Source: an uncultured Spirochaetota bacterium (GTDB taxonomy: Bacteria; Spirochaetota; Brevinematia; Brevinematales; JAOACQ01). From it: a stretch of 64,000 nt of DNA. Numbering within the stretch: position 1 is the first letter of the stretch; every line of letters starts with the position of its first letter. The stretch lies in assembly GCA_963835575.1 (NCBI GenBank), contig CAWIGG010000002.1, forward strand, positions 1,440,001 through 1,504,000. The letters run 5' to 3'. Shown here in pieces: positions 58,507-64,000 of this stretch. Made by a program: the position numbers and the translations under genes. The notes below the pieces were generated by a model. That model saw only the letters and a program-made list of their open reading frames with translations. It had not been told where the DNA came from and made no database searches.

Positions 58507-59778
58507 ATGGCATTCTATCGGATATTCCAGATCATCTTTTTTCTTATAATTATTGTTCCGCAATTCTGCACGGCATTGATATTGATTCCCATGGACACGA
58601 TGCAGGAGAATCATCTCAAGGCATACGGCCTGGCTTATAAAGCCCTCCAGAAGGGAATTCAAGTCAAATGGCTTTTGAACTACAGGGGCGGAAGTTTTCT
58701 GATCATGTCGGACGACGCGGGTTTCAAAGACTGGGCGCTGACAAGGAATATCATTAATGTGACGGTCAGCGGGGACGAGTTTGCTTCCATCCAGAAAATG
58801 ATGGAAGGGGAAAACATGAATGTTGTCAATCTCGATTCCGCTCCCCGTATCGCCGTGTACGCGCCGCCCTGGAACGCGCCCTGGGATGACGCCGTTACAC
58901 TGGCGCTCAAGTACGCTGAAATCCCCTACACGACTATCTGGGACGAGGAAGTCCTGAAAGGAACGCTTTCAACCGATAATTTTGACTGGCTTCATCTGCA
59001 CCATGAGGACTTTACCGGCCAGCATGGAAAATTCTGGTTCGGTTATTCCGGCGAGAAATGGTATATCGAGCGGGTGATGTTATTTGAGAAAACAGCGCAT
59101 GAGCTTGGTTTTCAAACAGTTCAGGAAGAAAAAAAAGCGGTCGCATCAAAAATCAAGGATTTTGTTGCAAAGGGCGGTTTCCTTTTCGCCATGTGCGCGG
59201 CGACGGATACTCTGGACATAGCGCTGGCCAGCATCGGGATCGATATCATTCCTCCCGAGATAGACGGCACGCCCATCGACCCGGATGTCAATAAAAAGCT
59301 GAATTATCAGAATACTTTCGCATTTGAAAATTTTCAGCTCGTTTCCAATCCTTATGTTTATGAATTTTCTGATATCGATATTGACCCGGTTTCTGAAGGG
59401 ATTTATACCCAGCCCTTTTTTTTCAAGCTGAATGAATTTTCAGCGAAATATGATATTATTCCGAGCATGCTCGTTCAAAATCATAATAATCTCGTCAAAG
59501 GCTTCCTGGGACAGACAACGGCATTCCATACGAATAGAATAAAAAGCAGCGTAACATTTCTTAATACTGTGGATGGCCGCGATTGGGTTACATATATCCA
59601 TGGCGACATGGGCAAGGGGACGTTCACGTTTTTGGGAGGGCACGACCCGGAGGATTACGCCCATAAAGTTGGCGACCCGCCGACGAATCTTGACCTCTTC
59701 CCCAATTCTGAAGGATACAGGCTGATACTGAATAATGTCCTCTTTCCCGCAGCAAAAAGAAAACAAAGAAAAACCTGA
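58507..59778 (+). CDS. Conserved exported protein with class I glutamine-amidotransferase-like region (often labelled asparagine synthetase B)
   Basis: LIPMD..QENHLKAYG, WLLNYRGGSF, PWDDAVTLAL.YAEIPY, WLHLHHEDFTGQ, GGFLFAMC and GHDPEDY motifs. Confidence 0.72.
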   Translation: MAFYRIFQIIFFLIIIVPQFCTALILIPMDTMQENHLKAYGLAYKALQKGIQVKWLLNYRGGSFLIMSDDAGFKDWALTRNIINVTVSGDEFASIQKMMEGENMNVVNLDSAPRIAVYAPPWNAPWDDAVTLALKYAEIPYTTIWDEEVLKGTLSTDNFDWLHLHHEDFTGQHGKFWFGYSGEKWYIERVMLFEKTAHELGFQTVQEEKKAVASKIKDFVAKGGFLFAMCAATDTLDIALASIGIDIIPPEIDGTPIDPDVNKKLNYQNTFAFENFQLVSNPYVYEFSDIDIDPVSEGIYTQPFFFKLNEFSAKYDIIPSMLVQNHNNLVKGFLGQTTAFHTNRIKSSVTFLNTVDGRDWVTYIHGDMGKGTFTFLGGHDPEDYAHKVGDPPTNLDLFPNSEGYRLILNNVLFPAAKRKQRKT

Positions 59779-59848
59779 TCTAACTTCAATATCAAACGGA
59801 AATTGAAATTTAAAGAATAACAAAATATTTAGTTTTTGGAATAGCGCT

Positions 59849-60313
59849 CTATTTTTTTTCCAGCTGTTTATAATCCAGTACGATAACAGAACCGGTCATG
59901 AAATAGGCAAAATAAAATAAAAAGACTGCAATATCGGCAAGCCCTTTTAAACCGAAAAAGCTTCCGGCGAAAAATGAAAACAATACTCCCATTATCCCGA
60001 TCACAGGAAAGGATATCCACCTGACAATATCATTATCAGTCAATCTTAATACATTGATAAAAAATAACAGTAAAAACAGGTATTCGAAGAAATTAAAAAG
60101 CAGGAATAAATTCAATAATCCCGAAAGGACAAGAAAAACCAGGCAGGTAATAAGAACAACGTCCACTTTTGAAACGGCTTTTTTATAAACATAAGAAATG
60201 CCTATTAAGCCGAACCCTAACAGGGAATAATGAAAGAAATAGCTTTCTGATTTTAAATAAAACGGAGAAAGACTGAGTAATAAGCCCGCGATAAAGAAAT
60301 TTCTCCAGTTCAC
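59849..60313 (-). CDS. Hypothetical membrane protein
   Basis: Hydrophobic 154 aa; start overlaps the pyrK stop (ATGA). Confidence 0.7.
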   Translation of the reverse strand: MNWRNFFIAGLLLSLSPFYLKSESYFFHYSLLGFGLIGISYVYKKAVSKVDVVLITCLVFLVLSGLLNLFLLFNFFEYLFLLLFFINVLRLTDNDIVRWISFPVIGIMGVLFSFFAGSFFGLKGLADIAVFLFYFAYFMTGSVIVLDYKQLEKK

Positions 60314-61053
60314 AGTTTCACCTCATTCCAGCTGAAAACCGGTCCATCCGTACAAACTAATTTATACCCGCCTTCATGTGTTTCCACTGAACATCCCTTG
60401 CAGACGCCGAAGCCGCATCCCATTATTGTCTCGACCGAATAATATGCTTCGCATCCCGGTTTTTTATTTAATAGAACATTCAGCGCGTTAAACATAGGAT
60501 TAGGTCCGCAGGCATAGATTGCGTATTCATTCAGATCATACTTCATTGCCAGATCCACAACTGTACCCTTTTCCCCTATGCTCCCATCTTCAGAAGCAAT
60601 GATAATCTTGCAGTTCTTTTCAAACGGCTTCAAATCGGGCAGCCATTCACTGCTCCTGACGCCGAACAGCAGCGTTGAACCTGCCAGCTTTTTTGAAAGG
60701 AATAAAAAAGGGGCTATTCCCGTGCCACCGGCTATAAAGAGGCCTTTCTTTTTGGTCAGAGGGAAAGCGTTGCCGAGCGGCCCGATGATGTTGAGTTTAT
60801 CCCCCGCCTTTTTTTCAGAAAGAAGCTCTGTCCCCCTTCCTTTGATCAATACCAGAACAGAAAGCTCATCGCCCCCGGCATCACAGACGCTCATCGGCCG
60901 GCGGAGAAGCGGATCATATGTATCGGAAATCCTGATATTGATAAACTGTCCGGGCAGGGCTTCACTGGCTATTTTGTATGTCTTCATTTTTAAATAGAGA
61001 TAATGACCGGTGATTTCTTTTTTAATGATCTCACAGTTCTCTTTATATTTCAT
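60310..61053 (-). CDS. pyrK: Dihydroorotate dehydrogenase electron transfer subunit
   Basis: PGQF, LRRPMS, GPLGN, GGTGIAP, ACGP and MGCGFGVCKGC..VCTDGPVF motifs; start revised to 61053. Confidence 0.88.
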   Translation of the reverse strand: MKYKENCEIIKKEITGHYLYLKMKTYKIASEALPGQFINIRISDTYDPLLRRPMSVCDAGGDELSVLVLIKGRGTELLSEKKAGDKLNIIGPLGNAFPLTKKKGLFIAGGTGIAPFLFLSKKLAGSTLLFGVRSSEWLPDLKPFEKNCKIIIASEDGSIGEKGTVVDLAMKYDLNEYAIYACGPNPMFNALNVLLNKKPGCEAYYSVETIMGCGFGVCKGCSVETHEGGYKLVCTDGPVFSWNEVKL

Positions 61054-61084
61054 ACATTCCCTTTTGCTCATTCTACAGCTAAAT

Positions 61085-61113
61085 ATAATAAGGGAAAAGA
61101 GCAAAAGTGTCAA
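61085..61113 (-). promoter_or_regulatory. Sigma70 promoter of pyrK
   Basis: Minus strand TTGACA (61113-61108), 17 bp, TATTAT (61090-61085). Confidence 0.65.
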
Positions 61114-61474
61114 AGGAAAAAGGGAAAGGGAGGCACTGGCTGCGCCAGTGCCTGTCCACAAATCATGACCGCCGGCGATAAGCGGCGGCCGGAATTTAAT
61201 TTTCATTTTCCTTTAAATCGGCCCAAACTGGCATTCTGCTGGCGGAAGTCAGAATCGCCCCAAAAATTACCGGATAGCTTCCATCGCATCCGGGTATACC
61301 GGTAATTTTTGTGGCTCAAAAGTAATAACAACAATGTGGCCCTCAACCACCGGCGGACGGGATGGAAAGATAAAATAAAAAATAATAATATAAACAAAGA
61401 CCGGGAGCCTCTTAACAAAGTCGTTCATTATGAAAAAAGGCCGGGTTTATTAGACAATTTGATCAAAAAGTCAA

Positions 61475-61503
61475 TTGACAAATCTTATTAATAGCATTAG
61501 AAT
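61475..61503 (+). promoter_or_regulatory. Sigma70 promoter of thyX
   Basis: TTGACA, 17 bp, TAGAAT. Confidence 0.7.
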
Positions 61504-61529
61504 TAAAGAGAGTTATCAGGAGTTTTTTC

Positions 61530-62180
61530 ATGAATATCAAACTTCTCTCAATCACGGGAAACCCCGAAAAGCATATCGAGTTCTGCTCCCGCGTCTGCTA
61601 TGATTCCTTTGATAAGACAACTGATGAATCTCATGAGATACTTCTTGCAAATCTCTTAAAAAACGGCCATCATTCTCTTTTTGAGCATGCTTCGGCGTCT
61701 TTTTTGATCGATGAGATTTCCCGCTCATGCTCCCATCAGCTTGTCAGGCAGAGACACGCCAGCTTTTCACAGAAATCCCAGCGCTATGTTAAAGATAATA
61801 ATTTCGGCTATACTGTCCCGCCTCTCATAAAAAATAACCCGGAAGCCCTGGAGGTATATGAAGAGGCCGTTCTGCGTATCCAGGAATCCTATAATCTGCT
61901 GATTGACCTCGGCATCAGGAAAGAGGACGCGAGGTTTATTCTTCCAAACGCCAGCCATACAACAGTCGCGGTTACCGCGAATTTCCGTGAATGGCTTCAT
62001 ATCATCGATCTGAGGGTAAGCCTCCAGGCCCAGTGGGAAATCCGTGAACTAACTACCCTGATTTGGAAGGAACTCTTCCAAAGGGCCCCTGTTGTTTTCG
62101 GTATGACCTACTTCCAGTATTGGAGCAAAGATGCCGATTATAAAAGGGAAATTTTCGAAAAAAACATACAAATGGCTTGA
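61530..62180 (+). CDS. thyX: FAD-dependent thymidylate synthase
   Basis: GHHSLFEH, ISRSCSHQLVR.R.ASFSQKSQRY, EDARFILPNA, NFREW.H...LR and AQWEIR motifs. Confidence 0.92.
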   Translation: MNIKLLSITGNPEKHIEFCSRVCYDSFDKTTDESHEILLANLLKNGHHSLFEHASASFLIDEISRSCSHQLVRQRHASFSQKSQRYVKDNNFGYTVPPLIKNNPEALEVYEEAVLRIQESYNLLIDLGIRKEDARFILPNASHTTVAVTANFREWLHIIDLRVSLQAQWEIRELTTLIWKELFQRAPVVFGMTYFQYWSKDADYKREIFEKNIQMA

Positions 62181-62261
62181 CACCATTTTTAAACCTATGG
62201 TAAACTAATAAAACGGTATGAATGAGTGATATCCCGATTAAAAAAGAAAGGATTCTTTTTA

Positions 62262-62603
62262 ATGAAGAAAATAGATTATTATGAAGAAAATGGCATCTGT
62301 ATCATTAAGCCGGCAGGTGAAATGATATTCTTTTTTTTGGAAGATGTCAGCAAGTATGTTAAGGAAAAAATCAAGGCTAATCAATTCCGTTTTATTTTCG
62401 ATCTCAGCACGGTGACCTGGATTGATTCCATCGGGCTGGGCATCATTGCAATGGCTATCAAGTCCTCGCTTCTCAATCAAACAAAAATCTGTGTAATAAA
62501 GCCGAAGGAAAATGTGGCCCGGCTTCTAAAAATGAGCAATCTTCTTGATATTATAAAGGTATTCGATACCATTGAGGAAGCGATGGAGTTTCTATCCCAT
62601 TAG
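62262..62603 (+). CDS. STAS domain anti-sigma factor antagonist
   Basis: FDLSTVTWIDSIGLG motif; start revised to 62262. Confidence 0.88.
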   Translation: MKKIDYYEENGICIIKPAGEMIFFFLEDVSKYVKEKIKANQFRFIFDLSTVTWIDSIGLGIIAMAIKSSLLNQTKICVIKPKENVARLLKMSNLLDIIKVFDTIEEAMEFLSH

Positions 62604-62643
62604 GTGTTTTCCAAAATTATAATTATTATAAGAAAGGTGCTTA

Positions 62644-63783
62644 ATGAGCCTTAAGAAAAAAATATTAATACCTGTTGTTGAAGCCGGTGCGGGCCATAAA
62701 ATGCCCGCGTTAGCCGTCAAAGATGCCATGGAAAAATTATATCCCGGCCGTTTCCAGATCGATGTCATAGACTTTTTTAAAGAAGCAGGCGCGCTGAATA
62801 ACGATAAGAGCATTAAAGGAATCTGGGATTTTGCTCTGGCTCATCCTTTTGCCGCCAGATTCGGTTACAGCCTGGTTGAATTATTTCATGTCTATCCGGG
62901 CCGATTTATAAATCTTTTTTTGACCGAGATGAAAAAAAAGAGCCGGGCCTATATTCATAAATACCAGCCGGACATCATATTTTCAACTCATTATTTCTGC
63001 ATTCCTCTTTCCAGAATGGCAAGGGATAATCTTAAGCTGCCCATAAAAGTGATCGGCTTTGTGACCGATCCTTTTGACGGCTTTTATTTCTGGGCCGATA
63101 AAAAAGCGGATTTTATTATTGTTTCTTCAGCAAAGGCGAAAGAAATGCTTATTAAGAAAAAAGTCCCGGCTGAAAAAATAAAAGTATTCAGCTTTCCGGT
63201 CAATCAAAAATTTTTCGATATAAAGAGATCAAAAGAAGATTTGATAAAAGAATACTCGATCAATACAGCCTTTAAAACCATCCTCACAACCGCGGGCGGT
63301 CAGGGAATCAGCAATATCGGGAAATATATAAAAAAGATCTTTCAAAAGAAGCTTCCTTTCAACATCATATCGGTCTGCGGCAGAAATGAGACCCTTCAGA
63401 ACGAGCTTATTTCTTTAAAAAAAAGCGGGACTTCGCCGACAAATCTCATCCCTCTGGGTTTTGTCAATAACATGAATGAATTGCTTTCCATCTCAGATAT
63501 GGCTGTCGCGAAGGCCGGCGCATCGACCACATTCGAAGCACTCTTTTTGAATAATCCCATAATATTTACACATTATGCCGCCCCGAATGAAAAGCCCAAT
63601 GTGGATTTCTGCGTTGAAAATCATGTCGGATGGTATACGCCGAAAGAAAAAGAGTTTTTTGAAGTAATTGACAGGATTATTACTACTGATATACTTAATG
63701 AATATAAGAAGAATTTGGAAAAGCTCCATTTAAATTCAGGCAGCGAGGAAATTGCCCGGTTTGTAGTCTCAGAGCTTTCTTAA
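62644..63783 (+). CDS. MGDG synthase/UgtP-like GT28 glycosyltransferase
   Basis: GAGH..PA.AV, PDIIFSTH, VTD, GGQG, CGRN, GFVNNM and KAGASTT.EA motifs. Confidence 0.88.
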   Translation: MSLKKKILIPVVEAGAGHKMPALAVKDAMEKLYPGRFQIDVIDFFKEAGALNNDKSIKGIWDFALAHPFAARFGYSLVELFHVYPGRFINLFLTEMKKKSRAYIHKYQPDIIFSTHYFCIPLSRMARDNLKLPIKVIGFVTDPFDGFYFWADKKADFIIVSSAKAKEMLIKKKVPAEKIKVFSFPVNQKFFDIKRSKEDLIKEYSINTAFKTILTTAGGQGISNIGKYIKKIFQKKLPFNIISVCGRNETLQNELISLKKSGTSPTNLIPLGFVNNMNELLSISDMAVAKAGASTTFEALFLNNPIIFTHYAAPNEKPNVDFCVENHVGWYTPKEKEFFEVIDRIITTDILNEYKKNLEKLHLNSGSEEIARFVVSELS

Positions 63784-64000
63784 ATCGCTTCTTTTAGTCT
63801 GCTGATGAGGACCGCTTCACCGCTTTTTTTATTGATATCGACGATAATTCCCTGTATTTCAATAATTCCTCTCTCTTCCGGTGAAAACCTGACCGGGAGA
63901 TGCTGAATTACCTTTCTATAGGACTCTTCAATTTTCATCCCGATAACCGAGTCAATGGAACCGCACATACCAATGTCTGTTATGTAAGCCGTTTTTTTCG
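63780..64000 (-). CDS. YmdB/TIGR00282-type metallophosphoesterase (3' part only)
   Basis: Frame open to the window end: TAYITDIGMCGSIDSVIGM..LPVRF. Confidence 0.82.
   Translation of the reverse strand, partial: KKTAYITDIGMCGSIDSVIGMKIEESYRKVIQHLPVRFSPEERGIIEIQGIIVDINKKSGEAVLISRLKEAI

Noticed and set aside
58507..59778. Functional call as asparagine synthetase
   Set aside because: No N-terminal Cys Ntn domain and no SGGxDS loop; the protein has a signal-like N-terminus.
61054..61206. N-terminal extension of pyrK with an apparent lipobox, or a PyrR attenuator
   Set aside because: A consensus promoter lies inside the extension (61113-61085), homology starts at 61053, and no PyrR-binding motif was seen.

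Overview
This is a bacterial window. The lipoprotein-rich, Thr/Ser-Asn-rich exported proteins and a standalone GHKL-like protein resemble Spirochaetota, but that assignment is only an inference. About 58 kb of accessory DNA ends at a minus-strand tRNA-Ser(TGA) (57595-57679), followed by housekeeping-type genes (HD hydrolase, pyrK, thyX, STAS protein, GT28, YmdB-like). The accessory part holds three IS elements with full-length transposases (IS1182, IS5, IS256), IS3 and integrase relics, several efflux/redox regulons (TetR, MerR and MarR with visible operators), a sugar ABC transporter with a ROK regulator, a trans-AT-PKS-like remnant (acyltransferase fragment plus Sfp PPTase) and several broken genes. 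Main findings: (1) three ~100-bp repeats (21949, 22316, 43276) start with a degenerate copy of the tRNA-Ser 3' end and carry 11-bp-periodic arm-like motifs, suggesting serial integration at this tRNA; (2) a tightly coupled five-gene AmmeMemoRadiSam operon whose Memo-AMMECR1 fusion carries a lipoprotein signal and whose radical SAM enzyme has an N-terminal membrane segment; (3) a three-hairpin composite element present twice, one copy filling the leader between a consensus promoter and the tRNA; (4) strong [S/T]-N dipeptide enrichment in exported proteins, a possible glycosylation or structural signal; (5) an acyl-CoA thioesterase-like protein whose catalytic Asp and His appear replaced. All family calls come from motif recognition by eye; no database search was run.
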